The notes under the pieces: generated by a model
Database searches by the model: none
Told to the model about the DNA's origin: nothing
The model's input: only the letters and a program-made list of their open reading frames with translations
Assembly: GCA_964608415.1 (NCBI GenBank)
Contig: CAZSOC010000001.1
Coordinates: 174,083-238,082, forward strand
Origin: an uncultured Flavobacterium sp.
Lineage (GTDB): Bacteria; Bacteroidota; Bacteroidia; Flavobacteriales; Flavobacteriaceae
Length of the DNA stretch: 64,000 bases
Reading direction: 5' to 3'
In this document: one piece after another, positions 63,912 to 64,000 of the stretch
Numbering within the stretch: position 1 is the stretch's first letter
How the letters are laid out: every line of letters starts with the position of its first letter
Program-made: the position numbers and the translations under genes

Positions 63912-64000
63912 TATTTTTATTTAGGATTTTATATTACAGCTAATTTGCGGATAGCTAAAATTATGTGTTTACTTTTTAAATGATAAATAATCATTATAAA

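Overview
AT-rich Bacteroidota (Flavobacterium-like) chromosomal window. Supporting signs are TAnnTTTG -7 promoter boxes, signal peptides ending before Gln, T9SS C-terminal domains and GLPGLI proteins. Most of it is core genome: hppA, tig-clpP-clpX, sppA, a folK-dNK fusion, mutS, tRNA-Gly/tRNA-Leu, an S46 peptidase, waaA, galE, rsgA, dtd, aroA, queA, kynU and an agmatinase-family enzyme. The left end holds two T9SS cargo genes (a GH5 mannanase-like enzyme and a 4x[Fn3+adhesin] protein) around a pair of paralogous membrane-anchored TPR sensors, one with and one without an AraC domain. A GLPGLI / two-component / outer-membrane-barrel locus has a 10-bp-phased GTTAAC triple repeat at its divergent promoter. 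Two accessory islets interrupt core gene order: 19.5-21.7 kb (hypothetical gene + Fic) and 52.0-58.1 kb (ArsR-SRPBCC operon, amidohydrolase, serine hydrolase). In both, co-oriented gene units are separated by related elements that start with an ...AAC-type motif just after a stop codon and end with a GTT/ATT...CAA-type motif before the next unit. This resembles integron attC cassette architecture, but no integrase lies in the window. It is my best candidate for an undescribed system and is an inference that needs testing. No CRISPR array, rRNA, transposase or prophage was seen. Protein family names come from motifs read by eye, not from database searches.
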